DNA from: Acidobacteriota bacterium
GTDB lineage: Bacteria > Acidobacteriota > Vicinamibacteria > Vicinamibacterales > 2-12-FULL-66-21
Length of the DNA: 64,000 bases
Reading direction: 5' to 3'
Assembly: GCA_031393955.1 (NCBI GenBank)
Contig: JANMWI010000046.1
Location: 185-64,184, forward strand
Shown here: in pieces, positions 46,389 through 55,520 of the stretch
Position numbering within the stretch: position 1 is the stretch's first letter
How the letters are laid out: each line of letters begins with the position of its first letter
The notes under the pieces: model-generated
What the model saw: the letters and a program-made list of their open reading frames with translations, nothing else
The model's database searches: none
Told to the model about the DNA's origin: nothing
Translations under genes and position numbers: made by a program

Positions 46389-47855
46389 CTACGTACCGAG
46401 GCCGCCGACGGCGAGGTACTTGATTTCGAGGTACTCGTCGATGCCGTACTTCGATCCCTCGCGGCCGAGGCCGGACGACTTCATGCCGCCGAACGGCGCT
46501 ACCGCCGTCGAAATGATCCCTTCGTTGATCCCGATGATCCCGTATTCCAGCCCCTCCGCCACCCGGAAGATGCGGCCGACGTCGCGGCTGTAGAAATAGG
46601 CAGCCAGCCCGAACGGCGTATCGTTGGCCAGCGCCACCGCCTCCGCTTCGGTGCGGAAGCGGAACAGCGGCGCGAGCGGGCCGAACGTCTCCTCCCGGAA
46701 GACCAGCGCCCGCGGCGGCACGTCGCCGAGCACCGTCGGCTCGAAGAAATTGCCGCCGAGCGCGTGGCGGCGGCCGCCGATCAGCAGCCGCGCCCCACCG
46801 CCGACGGCGTCCGCGATGTGCGCCTCGACTTTCTCGATCGCGGCGGCGTTGATCATCGGTCCCTGGGTGACACCCGGATCCATGCCGTTGCCGACCTCGA
46901 GCGCGGCCACCTCGCGGGTCAGCCGGCCGGCGAATTCCTCGTAGACGGCATCCTGCACCAGAATCCGGTTCGCGCAGACGCAGGTCTGGCCGGAATTACG
47001 GAACTTGGAGGCCATCGCCCCCTCGACCGCGGCATCCAGATCCGCGTCGTCGAAGACGATGAACGGAGCGTTGCCGCCGAGCTCCATGCTGAGCCGCTTG
47101 ACCGTCGGCGCGCACTGTTGAATCAGCTTCGCACCGGTTTCGGTGCTGCCGGTGAACGACAGCTTCCGGACGAGCGGATTCGCGGTCAGCTCCTGCCCGA
47201 TCGGTTCGGCCGGACCGGTCACGACATTGCAGACCCCCGGCGGCAGGCCGGCGCGCTCGGCCAGTACCGCGATCGCCAGCGTCGACAACGGCGTCTGGCT
47301 GGCGGGGCGCAGCACGCCGGTGCAGCCGGCGGCCCAGCCCGGACCCGCCTTCCGGGTGATCATCGCGGCCGGGAAGTTCCACGGCGTGATGGCGGCGAAC
47401 ACCCCGACCGGCTCCTTGAGGACGATGATCCGGCGGCCGTGCTCGTTCTGCGGAATCGTGTCGCCGTAGACCCGCCTCGCCTCCTCGGCGAACCACTCGA
47501 TGAAGCTTGCCGCATAGCGAATCTCGCCGCGGCTCTCCGCCAGCGGCTTGCCCTGTTCGGCGGTCATCAAGGCGGCGAGATCCTCGAGGTTGTCGAGCAT
47601 CAGGCCGTAGAGCCGGCGCAGGATGACGGCGCGATCCGCCGCGAGGGTCGCGCGCCAGGCGGGAAACGCCCGGCTGGCGGCCTCGATGGCGCGCCGGGTC
47701 TCGGTCGCGCCCATCGCCGGCACCGTGCCGACCACTTCACCGGTCGCCGGATTGAGTACCGCCAGGGTCTGGCCGGCGTCGGCCTGGACCCAGCGGCCGT
47801 CGATGCAGCAGGCGTCCCGGAGCAGCGTCGGATCAGCCAGTTTCAGCGTCGCCAC
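46389..47855 (-). CDS. gabD: NAD(P)-dependent succinate-semialdehyde dehydrogenase
   Basis: The aldehyde dehydrogenase motifs 'ELGGNAP' and catalytic 'GQTCVCANR' are present. The N-terminal 'CCIDGRWVQADAGQTLAVLNPATGEVVGTVP' is GabD-like. Confidence 0.9.
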   Translation of the reverse strand: MATLKLADPTLLRDACCIDGRWVQADAGQTLAVLNPATGEVVGTVPAMGATETRRAIEAASRAFPAWRATLAADRAVILRRLYGLMLDNLEDLAALMTAEQGKPLAESRGEIRYAASFIEWFAEEARRVYGDTIPQNEHGRRIIVLKEPVGVFAAITPWNFPAAMITRKAGPGWAAGCTGVLRPASQTPLSTLAIAVLAERAGLPPGVCNVVTGPAEPIGQELTANPLVRKLSFTGSTETGAKLIQQCAPTVKRLSMELGGNAPFIVFDDADLDAAVEGAMASKFRNSGQTCVCANRILVQDAVYEEFAGRLTREVAALEVGNGMDPGVTQGPMINAAAIEKVEAHIADAVGGGARLLIGGRRHALGGNFFEPTVLGDVPPRALVFREETFGPLAPLFRFRTEAEAVALANDTPFGLAAYFYSRDVGRIFRVAEGLEYGIIGINEGIISTAVAPFGGMKSSGLGREGSKYGIDEYLEIKYLAVGGLGT

Positions 47856-48050
47856 GCCCTCTAGTCTGGCTCATCTTCGCGCTGCTTGTCGCGCCCCGGC
47901 GCCCTCCCGTCCGCCAGCGTTCGAGCTCATCGGATCCGCCGAGAGCCATCGAATCGATCGCCGACGCGGCAGCCGGCCGTCGGGCCGCCGGGGCGGATGA
48001 TAGACTTCCCCTATGGACTCTCAGGTTTTCGAGCCGCGGGGGCCCCGGCG

Positions 48051-49217
48051 ATGACGCGCTCCGCCGCGGTCTACACGCACCACACCGACAGCGAGCAGGC
48101 CGGCCGCGATCTCGGCGAACAGGCGCGCCGGGCCCTCGAGGGCACTGCACCCGATGCGGTCGTCGTGTTCGCCTCGTCGCGGTTCGAACACAACGTCCTG
48201 CTCGAGGCGCTCCAGGCCGCCTGCCGTCCCGGGCTGCTCGTCGGCTCGTCGTCGGCCGGGGAGTTCACGGGCAGCGATCGCGGCGAGGGAACGGCCTGCG
48301 CCCTGGCGCTGCACTCCACGGAAATCAAGTTTGCCGCCGGTCTCGGACGCAACGTCGGCGCGGATCGCGCGCAGGCGGCGCGCGAGCTGGTCGGGGGCTT
48401 CCGCGGCCTGACGACGCATGATTTCCCGTATCGCGCCGCGATGATCATGACCGACGCGCTCGCCGGGCATGCCGACGACCTCGTCGAACAGCTCACCGTC
48501 GTCACGTCCGGCAAGTATCAGTTCGCCGGCGGCGGCGCCGGCGACGATGCGCGGTTCACGCGGACGCACGTGTTCTACGGCACCGAGGCGCACACCGACG
48601 CGGTCGTCGGACTCGAAGTGCTGTCGATGAAGCCGATCGGCGTCGGCGTCGGCCACGGCTGGATGCCGGCCGGCCCGGGGCTGAGGGTCACCGCGGCCGA
48701 GGGCATGCGCGTCATCAGCCTCAACGGGATGCCGGCGGTCGAGGCGTTCGAGGAGCATGCCGCGCTCAACGGCCAGCCGTTCGACCGCAGCAACGGCCTG
48801 CCGTTCTTCCTGCACAACATCCTGGGCATCGATACCGGCGTCGGGTACCGCCTGCGGGTGCCGCTGTCGGTCTCTGCCGATGGGTCGGTGATGTGTGCGG
48901 CGGAGATTCCGACCGGCGCGCGGGTCCACATCATGAAGGCGACCGCCGACTCGGCGATCGCCGCGGCCAAGCGGGCGACCGAAACCGCCGTCGGCAAGCT
49001 GCTCGGGCAGCCGGCCGGAGCGGCGCTGTTCTTCGACTGCGTCGCGACCCGGCTGCGGATGGGGGAGGCGTTCGGCTTCGAGGTCGACTCGGTCACCGAC
49101 CTGCTCGACGGCGCCGGACTGATCGGCTGCAACACCTACGGGCAGATTGCGCGCGCCGACGGGCAGTTCGGCGGGTTCCACAACTGCACGGCGGTCGTGC
49201 TCGTCCTGCCCGCCTGA
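48051..49217 (+). CDS. FIST-domain signal-sensor protein (FIST_N + FIST_C)
   Basis: 'DAVVVFASSRF', 'LVGSSSAGEF' and 'ALFFDCVATRL...GCNTYGQIA' match the FIST architecture. The start may be at 48051 (MTRSAAVY) or at 47997 (MIDFPYG); this is unresolved. Confidence 0.8.
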   Translation: MTRSAAVYTHHTDSEQAGRDLGEQARRALEGTAPDAVVVFASSRFEHNVLLEALQAACRPGLLVGSSSAGEFTGSDRGEGTACALALHSTEIKFAAGLGRNVGADRAQAARELVGGFRGLTTHDFPYRAAMIMTDALAGHADDLVEQLTVVTSGKYQFAGGGAGDDARFTRTHVFYGTEAHTDAVVGLEVLSMKPIGVGVGHGWMPAGPGLRVTAAEGMRVISLNGMPAVEAFEEHAALNGQPFDRSNGLPFFLHNILGIDTGVGYRLRVPLSVSADGSVMCAAEIPTGARVHIMKATADSAIAAAKRATETAVGKLLGQPAGAALFFDCVATRLRMGEAFGFEVDSVTDLLDGAGLIGCNTYGQIARADGQFGGFHNCTAVVLVLPA

Positions 49218-49221
49218 CCGG

Positions 49222-50931
49222 ATGCCGGACGACGCGACGCTCCGGCTCGCAGCCGCGGTGGCGGCCGCACCGGACAGGTTCGACGCCGCGCAGCAGCTTG
49301 CCCGCCACCTCGGCGCGTCAGCGCTGCTGGTGCTCGTCCACGACCGGACCATCGATGCCTTGCTCCCGGCGCCGGGCTTTCCACAGACGCTGCCGGGCGG
49401 CGGCGCCTGGCGTGACTTCCTGCGCCGCATACCAACGGATGGATTTCACGAGGGGACGCTCGGGTTCCCGCGCGCCGACGAGCCGGTGCCGGCGCTGGCG
49501 TGGAGCCTCGATGGCCTGACGCTGATCTTCTTCGCCGCCGGCGGCGCGCCGCCGCGCCAGGCGCTCGTCAGCGGCCAGCTCGCCGCCATCGTGCCGCTGC
49601 TCGCAACCTGCCTGCGTGCGGAACAGGACGCGTTCGTCGCCCGCGGCGAGCTCGAGGTGGCGCTGTCCAGGGCGCGCGAGGTCGAGGCGCTCGCCCATGC
49701 GCTCGACAGCGCCCGGTCGGAAATCGAGCGCACGGTGCTGCAGCTCGAGCAGGAAACCCGCGCCGCCGACGAAGCGCGCGGCCGCGCCGAGGACGCGGCG
49801 CGCACCAAGGACGAGTTCCTGGCGATGCTCGGGCATGAGCTGCGTAATCCGCTGTCGCCGATCCTGACCGCGCTGCAGCTGATGCGGCTCAAGAACCAGA
49901 CCTCGCGGGAGCAGGAAGTCATCGAACGGCAGGTCACCAGCCTGATGCGGCTGGTCGACGACCTGCTCGACGTCGCCCGCATCACGCGCGGCAAGATCGA
50001 CCTCCGCAAGGAACGCGTCGAGCTGGCCGAGATCGCGGCGCGGGCGATTGAGATGTCGAGTCCGCTGCTCGAGAAGAAGCAGCAGGTCCTGACCGTCCAG
50101 ATTCCGCCGCGCGGACTGCCGGTCGATGCCGATCCGTCGCGGCTCGCCCAGGTCCTCGCCAATCTCCTGACCAACGCCGCCAAGTACAGCGACGCCGAGA
50201 CGACGATTATGTTTGCCGCGGAGCGGATCGGCGAGCAGATCCGGCTGCGCGTCAAAGACCAGGGCATCGGCATCGCCGCCGAGATGCTGCCGCGCGTCTT
50301 CGATCTGTTCGTCCAGCACCGCCAGTCGATCGATCGCTCGCAGGGCGGCTTGGGGCTCGGGCTGGCGATCGTCCGCAGCCTGGTCGAGATGCACGGCGGG
50401 ACGGTGTCGGCGTCGAGCGCCGGGGAGGGCGCCGGCAGCGAGTTCGTCGTGACGCTGCCCGGCGCGGCGCTGACGCCGTCGGCCGCGGAATCGACGGCAC
50501 CGGCGGGCGTGACGGCGGTGGCGGAGGGCGGACGGGCCAGACTCCTGGTCGTGGACGATAACGAAGACGCCGGGATCCTGCTGGCCGAGGCGCTCGACGC
50601 GCTCGGGTATCAGGTCAGGCGGGCGTGCGACGGTCCCGGCGCGCTGCTGATCGCGGCGGAGTTCAGGCCGCAGATGGCGCTGCTCGACCTCGGGCTGCCG
50701 GTGATGGACGGCTACGAGCTGGCGCTGCACCTCCGCCAGCAGCCCGGCGGCGCGGCGCTGCGGCTGGTGGCGGTGACCGGCTACGGCCAGGAAGAGGACA
50801 TGCGCCGGTCCGCCGACGCCGGCTTCGATGCCCATCTCGTCAAGCCGGTGGCGCTCGACCAGCTGCAGCACATCCTCGCGCAGCTGCTCGATCCCGGGCC
50901 GGGGCGGAACGAATCCGCCCCGTTTAAGTGA
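49222..50931 (+). CDS. Hybrid sensor histidine kinase/response regulator
   Basis: The ATG at 49222 lies 4 nt after the FIST stop. The H-box is 'FLAMLGHELRNPLSPI'. 'DQGIGI' and 'GGLGLGLAIV' are present. The C-terminal REC has 'LLVVDDNED...LLDLGLPVMDGYEL...KP'. Confidence 0.9.
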   Translation: MPDDATLRLAAAVAAAPDRFDAAQQLARHLGASALLVLVHDRTIDALLPAPGFPQTLPGGGAWRDFLRRIPTDGFHEGTLGFPRADEPVPALAWSLDGLTLIFFAAGGAPPRQALVSGQLAAIVPLLATCLRAEQDAFVARGELEVALSRAREVEALAHALDSARSEIERTVLQLEQETRAADEARGRAEDAARTKDEFLAMLGHELRNPLSPILTALQLMRLKNQTSREQEVIERQVTSLMRLVDDLLDVARITRGKIDLRKERVELAEIAARAIEMSSPLLEKKQQVLTVQIPPRGLPVDADPSRLAQVLANLLTNAAKYSDAETTIMFAAERIGEQIRLRVKDQGIGIAAEMLPRVFDLFVQHRQSIDRSQGGLGLGLAIVRSLVEMHGGTVSASSAGEGAGSEFVVTLPGAALTPSAAESTAPAGVTAVAEGGRARLLVVDDNEDAGILLAEALDALGYQVRRACDGPGALLIAAEFRPQMALLDLGLPVMDGYELALHLRQQPGGAALRLVAVTGYGQEEDMRRSADAGFDAHLVKPVALDQLQHILAQLLDPGPGRNESAPFK

Positions 50932-50937
50932 CACCCT

Positions 50938-52179
50938 TCAGATCGACAGGTTGAGCGCCCGGGCGGCGTTCGCCGAGTAGACCTTGCGCAGGATCGGCTC
51001 CGGCAGCCCGATCCCATAAATCCGCCACCGTCCCTGCGGCGGAACCGGCGCCGGCGCATAGTCGAAGTACTCGTCCTCGGTCTCGAGAAAGCGAAAATAG
51101 ATCTCGTAGAGGTCGGCGCCGAAGATCTGCTGGGGCGTCTCGATGCCGTGCGGCACCGCGTCGGTGCCGAACATGATGCGGTCCTGGTAGCGATCGAAAA
51201 AACGGCGGGCGGCGCGGGGCTGGCGGCCGAGCTCGCCAATCCGCGCGCCGAGCTCGACGTTCATGTTCGGGTGGCGGTCGAGACACTCCGAGACGTAGCC
51301 GAGGTCCTCGGCGTTGTGGCCGACATGGAGCGCGATGAAGGTCGTCTTCGGATGACGGGCGAAGACGCGGTTCCGGGCTTCGAGCAGGGCGCGGCTCGAC
51401 GGGAAGTCCCGGCCATGGAACGACCAGTCGGGGTGGTTGTTGAGCTCCTCGAAGCGCTCGTTGAAGCGGTCGGTCGGCAGGAAGAACGCGTCCGGATCGC
51501 TGACGTGGATGGCGACGGGCATGGCGTTGGCCGCGCAGGCCTCCCACATCGGATCGAAGCGCGGATCGTCAATCTTGACGAGCGGCCCCGACGTCACCTG
51601 CTCGCGGAGGTAGAGGCCGAGCGTCTTGAGCACCTTCAAGCCGTGCGCGCCGAGGCGGTGCGACCGCTCGATGTCGTCGGCCTGCGCCGTCGCGTAGCCG
51701 GGCGTGTTGATCTCGGCGAACCGCGGCTCGCAGAAGACCAGGAACCGGCCCGGGTGAGCGGTCTGGTATCGCGCGATCCCCTGCTGCAGCCCGGAGCCGA
51801 CGCCGCCGGTGAGGTTGATCATGGTCTGCAGGTTGACCTGGTCCATCACCTTCAGCAGTTCCTCGGGCGGGGCCAGGAACCGCACCGCCTCCCCCTGCGG
51901 CACGCCGGCGGTGCTGGCGGCCCGGAACCCGAGATGCGTATGCACATCGATGACGGGAAACCGCGCCCGCGGCACCCGCGTCACCGGCACCTTGAGCATG
52001 CTGCGCGGTTGAAAGTCCTTGAGCTGGAGCGGGATCGGCTGAGGCCGCGGCGACGCGGCCGGCGCGGCCGGTTTCGCGGACTGAGCCCGCAGCAGTTCCG
52101 GTACCGCCGCTGACAGCGGCAGCGCCGCCGCGACTCCTGACAACCATTGACGTCGATTCATCAGCGGAATATATCGCAC
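50938..52179 (-). CDS. Amidohydrolase_2-type metal-dependent hydrolase with Tat-like signal
   Basis: 'MNRRQWLSGVAAALPLSA' and 'VIDVHTHLG' are present. The start may be at 52179 or at the internal ATG at 52161. Confidence 0.75.
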   Translation of the reverse strand: MRYIPLMNRRQWLSGVAAALPLSAAVPELLRAQSAKPAAPAASPRPQPIPLQLKDFQPRSMLKVPVTRVPRARFPVIDVHTHLGFRAASTAGVPQGEAVRFLAPPEELLKVMDQVNLQTMINLTGGVGSGLQQGIARYQTAHPGRFLVFCEPRFAEINTPGYATAQADDIERSHRLGAHGLKVLKTLGLYLREQVTSGPLVKIDDPRFDPMWEACAANAMPVAIHVSDPDAFFLPTDRFNERFEELNNHPDWSFHGRDFPSSRALLEARNRVFARHPKTTFIALHVGHNAEDLGYVSECLDRHPNMNVELGARIGELGRQPRAARRFFDRYQDRIMFGTDAVPHGIETPQQIFGADLYEIYFRFLETEDEYFDYAPAPVPPQGRWRIYGIGLPEPILRKVYSANAARALNLSI

Positions 52180-52208
52180 CGCGCCCGGGTGCGCCTACCG
52201 GCTGCGGG

Positions 52209-52214
52209 TAGAAT
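52209..52214 (+). promoter_or_regulatory. Candidate -10 hexamer TAGAAT, 8 nt upstream of the hyi ATG (possible leaderless transcript)
   Basis: The sequence reads gggTAGAATgtgccggcATG with no Shine-Dalgarno sequence. The geometry is the same as at 12500-12516. Confidence 0.2.
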
Positions 52215-52222
52215 GTGCCGGC

Positions 52223-52993
52223 ATGCCGCGTTTCTCCGCCAATCTCGGGCTGCTCTGGGCGGCGCTGCCGCTTGTCGATCGCATCGAGGCGGCGGCCCGC
52301 GCCGGCTTCAAGGCGGTCGAGTGCCACTCGCCGTTCGACGTCGAGCCGGCGGCGCTTGCCGCAACCTGCCGGCGCCACGGTGTCGAGCTGCTGGCGTTCA
52401 ACAGCGATGCCGGCGGCGCCGGTGAGTTCGGGTTCGCCTCGCTCCCCGGCCGCGAGGACGAGTTCACCGCCAGCATCGAGAAAGCCATCGCCTACGCCCG
52501 TGTTGCGGGTGCGCCGGCGATTCACGTGCTTGCCGGTGTGCCGGCCGGAGCGCCGCCGGATCGCGCCCGCACGGTCTTCGTCGACAACCTGCGTCGTGCG
52601 TCAGATGCCGCCACCGGCCTGACGCTGCTGCTCGAGCCGCTGAACGTGAAAGACCGGCCCGGCTACTTCTACTCGACCGCCGACCAGGTCATCGACATGC
52701 TGACGGCGATCGACCGGCAGAACGTCCGGCTGCTGTTTGACGCCTACCATGTCGGCATGGCCGATCCCGACGTCGCGGCAGCGCTCAGACGCGCCGCGCC
52801 GTTCATCGGCCACGTCCAGGTCGCCGGGGTCCCGAACCGTACCGAACCGGACGAAGGGTCGGTCGACTACCGGGACGTCTTCAAAACCCTCGGCGAGATT
52901 GGCTACGACGGCTGGATTGGTTGCGAGTACCGGCCCAGGACAACGGTCGAGGCCGGGCTGGGCTGGATCGGCGCCCTCACGCTGCACGCCTGA
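52223..52993 (+). CDS. hyi: Hydroxypyruvate isomerase family TIM-barrel protein
   Basis: 'MPRFSANLGLLW', 'AGFKAVEC' and 'LLEPLN...PGYF' match the Hyi/OtnI family. Confidence 0.85.
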   Translation: MPRFSANLGLLWAALPLVDRIEAAARAGFKAVECHSPFDVEPAALAATCRRHGVELLAFNSDAGGAGEFGFASLPGREDEFTASIEKAIAYARVAGAPAIHVLAGVPAGAPPDRARTVFVDNLRRASDAATGLTLLLEPLNVKDRPGYFYSTADQVIDMLTAIDRQNVRLLFDAYHVGMADPDVAAALRRAAPFIGHVQVAGVPNRTEPDEGSVDYRDVFKTLGEIGYDGWIGCEYRPRTTVEAGLGWIGALTLHA

Positions 52994-53027
52994 CGCGGCG
53001 GCGGTCGCCGCGCGCTATCATCAGGAC

Positions 53028-53600
53028 ATGCCCGAGGGACCCGAAATCGACACCGACCGGCTCCAGGAAACCATCAGCGATCCACCCGGCAACACACTCC
53101 TGCGCAACATCGCGCTGACGACGGCCCTGCTGGCCGCCCTCGGGGCGCTCGCGGCGCTGCGTGCCGGCGGCACGGTCAACGAGGCGCTGGTCCTCAAGAC
53201 CGAGGCGGCGCGTCTGCAGGCCGAGGCCTCCGACCAGTGGGCCTACTATCAGGCCAAAGGGATCAAGGCGAGCGTTCAGGAAGCGACGCGCGCGACGTGG
53301 ACGGCGGCCGGCAAGACACCACCGGCAAGCATCGACGATGCGATTCGCAGGTATGCCGCCGAGCAGAAGGAGAGCGAACACACCGCCCGCGAGAAGGAAC
53401 GCGAGCGCGACGACAAGTCGCGTGAGGCGGACGCACTGCTCGCCCACCACCACCACTTCGCAAACACTGTCGCGCTGCTGCAGGTGGCGATCGCGCTCGG
53501 AGCGGTCGCTGCACTCACCAGGCAGCGGCTGGTCTGGGCCGGCTCGACGCTCCTCGGCCTCCTCGGCGCCGCCCTGTTCGCCTGGGCCGTCATCCGCTGA
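53028..53600 (+). CDS. DUF4337 family membrane protein
   Basis: The ATG at 53028 begins MPEGPEIDTD. 'NEALVLKTEAARLQAEASDQWAYYQAKGIK', a charged middle region and a C-terminal TM pair are present. Confidence 0.8.
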   Translation: MPEGPEIDTDRLQETISDPPGNTLLRNIALTTALLAALGALAALRAGGTVNEALVLKTEAARLQAEASDQWAYYQAKGIKASVQEATRATWTAAGKTPPASIDDAIRRYAAEQKESEHTAREKERERDDKSREADALLAHHHHFANTVALLQVAIALGAVAALTRQRLVWAGSTLLGLLGAALFAWAVIR

Positions 53601-53617
53601 CCCGGCCTGGCACCGCT

Positions 53618-53815
53618 ACTTCGCGCGTTCGTGTACATGTGCCGCATGACGCCGCGCATCAGGAGCGCCATGGTCGCGCCCATGACCAGCGCCATGGAGG
53701 CGCGCGTCTCGCTGAAGAAGACGTGGTCGATTTCGTAGGTATTCAGGGACATCAGCCCGAACATCGCGACGGTCGACGTCAGGATCATCACCGCGAACCT
53801 GGAGTACTTGTCCAT
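53618..53815 (-). pseudogene. Small two-TM membrane ORF, probably the N-terminal remnant of a longer gene
   Basis: 'MDKYSRFAVMILTSTVAMFGLMSLNTYEIDHVFFSETRASMALVMGATMALLMRGVMRHMYTNAR' looks like a genuine membrane anchor. From memory, and unverified, it resembles the N-terminal anchor of some DUF305-type proteins. The frame has no stop until 53276 and then runs antisense through the DUF4337 gene as junk. Confidence 0.35.
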
Positions 53816-53843
53816 CCGGCCTTTCAGGCGCCATGCCAGCGTC

Positions 53844-55511
53844 TCAGGCTGCTCCGCCGCCTGCCGCCGCGCCAATCGCGGCGTCGACGATCGACTGCGC
53901 CTCGGCCAGGATCCGGCGCAGGTGTTCCTCCCCCTGGAAGCTTTCCCCATAGATCTTGTAAATCGGCTCGGTGCCCGACGGCCGCGCCGCGAACCAGCCG
54001 TGCCGGGCGACCACTTTCAGGCCGCCAATCGACGCGCCATTGCCGGGCGCATGGGTGATGACGGCCTCGATCGGCTCGCCGCCAAGCTGGTCCTGCCGGA
54101 TCTGCTTCGCGGACAGCCGTCCGAGCTGCGCCTGCTGGGCCGGCGTCGCCGGCGCTTCGACCCGGTCGTAGACCGGCGCCCCCATCTCGCGGGTCAGTTC
54201 GCCGTAGACGTCGCCTGGATCGCGGCTGAGCACGGCGGTGATCTCGGCCGAGAGCAGCGCCGCGACGATCCCGTCCTTGTCGGTCGTCCAGGCGCTGCCG
54301 TCGGCGCGGACGAAGGACGCACCGGCGCTCTCCTCCCCGGCAAAGCCGAGCGACCCGCTCAGCAACCCGTCGACGAACCACTTGAAGCCGACCGGTACCT
54401 CGTAGACAGCGCGCCCGATCTTCGCGCCGACGCGGTCGATCATCTGGCTGCTGACCAGGGTCTTGCCGATCGCCGCCTCGGGCCGCCACCGCGGCCGGTG
54501 CTGGAACAGGTAGAAGATCGCCGCCGACAGGTAGTGGTTGGGGGGCATCAGCCCGCGGCTCTTCGTCACGATGCCGTGCCGATCGTGATCGGGATCGCAG
54601 GCAAACGCGATGTCGAAGCGATCCTTGAGCGCGACCAGGCTGCCCATGGCGTACGGAGACGACGGGTCCATCCGGATCCGGCCATCCCAGTCCATCGTCA
54701 TGAAACGGAAGGTCGGGTCGACCTGGTCGTTGACGACCGTGAGGTCCAGCCCGTAGCGCTCGGCAATCCGCCCCCAGTAGTGCACCCCGGCGCCGCCGAG
54801 CGGGTCGACTCCCATGCGGACGGCAGCGCCGCGAATCGCCTCCATGTCGATGATCGTGCCGAGGTCGCCGACGTAGGCGGTCAGATAGTCATGGCGGTGG
54901 GTGGTCGGTGCGCGCAGCGCCGCCGCAAGAGGGAGACGCCTGACGCCGCGGAGATCCTGCGCGAGCAGCTCGTTGGCCGTGGCCTCGATCCCGGAGGTGA
55001 TGCCGGGTTCGGCGGGCCCGCCGTGCGGCGGGTTGTACTTGAAGCCGCCATCGCCCGGCGGATTGTGCGACGGGGTGATGACGATGCCGTCGGCGAGGCC
55101 GGCGGTGCGGCCGCGGTTGTGTGTGAGAATCGCGTGGGACACGGCCGGCGTCGGCGTGTACTCGTCCTCGGCCGAGAGCATGACCTCGACGCCGTTGGCG
55201 GCCATCACTTCGACGGCGCTGGCGAGCGCCGGCGTCGAGAGCGCGTGGGTGTCGGCGCCGATGAACAGCGGACCGTCGATCCCGTTGGCCGCGCGGTACT
55301 GACAGATCGCCTGGGTAATGGCGAGGACGTGCCCCTCGTTGAACGAATTGTCGAACGATGAGCCGCGATGGCCGGAGGTGCCGAACGCCACCCGCTCGGC
55401 CGGCGAGGACGGGTCCGGCCGTCCGGTGTAGTAGGCCGAGATGAGTTTCGGCACGTCGACGAGCAGCGATGGCTCGGCGGGCTGTCCGGCACGCGGATTG
55501 ATTGTCACCAT
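53844..55511 (-). CDS. pgm: Phosphoglucomutase (alpha-D-glucose phosphate-specific)
   Basis: The start is at the ATG for '[28 protein letters not shown]' (compare E. coli Pgm N-terminus). The phosphoserine loop is '[14 protein letters not shown]'. 'DPDHDRHG' and 'RPSGTEP' are present. Confidence 0.95.
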   Translation of the reverse strand: MVTINPRAGQPAEPSLLVDVPKLISAYYTGRPDPSSPAERVAFGTSGHRGSSFDNSFNEGHVLAITQAICQYRAANGIDGPLFIGADTHALSTPALASAVEVMAANGVEVMLSAEDEYTPTPAVSHAILTHNRGRTAGLADGIVITPSHNPPGDGGFKYNPPHGGPAEPGITSGIEATANELLAQDLRGVRRLPLAAALRAPTTHRHDYLTAYVGDLGTIIDMEAIRGAAVRMGVDPLGGAGVHYWGRIAERYGLDLTVVNDQVDPTFRFMTMDWDGRIRMDPSSPYAMGSLVALKDRFDIAFACDPDHDRHGIVTKSRGLMPPNHYLSAAIFYLFQHRPRWRPEAAIGKTLVSSQMIDRVGAKIGRAVYEVPVGFKWFVDGLLSGSLGFAGEESAGASFVRADGSAWTTDKDGIVAALLSAEITAVLSRDPGDVYGELTREMGAPVYDRVEAPATPAQQAQLGRLSAKQIRQDQLGGEPIEAVITHAPGNGASIGGLKVVARHGWFAARPSGTEPIYKIYGESFQGEEHLRRILAEAQSIVDAAIGAAAGGGAA

Positions 55512-55520
55512 AAAGCGTTC

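Noticed and set aside
44565-47864. ORF 44565..47864 (+, 1099 aa)
   Set aside because: It is antisense to pckG and gabD, both unambiguous, with low-complexity Arg/Asp/Gly composition.
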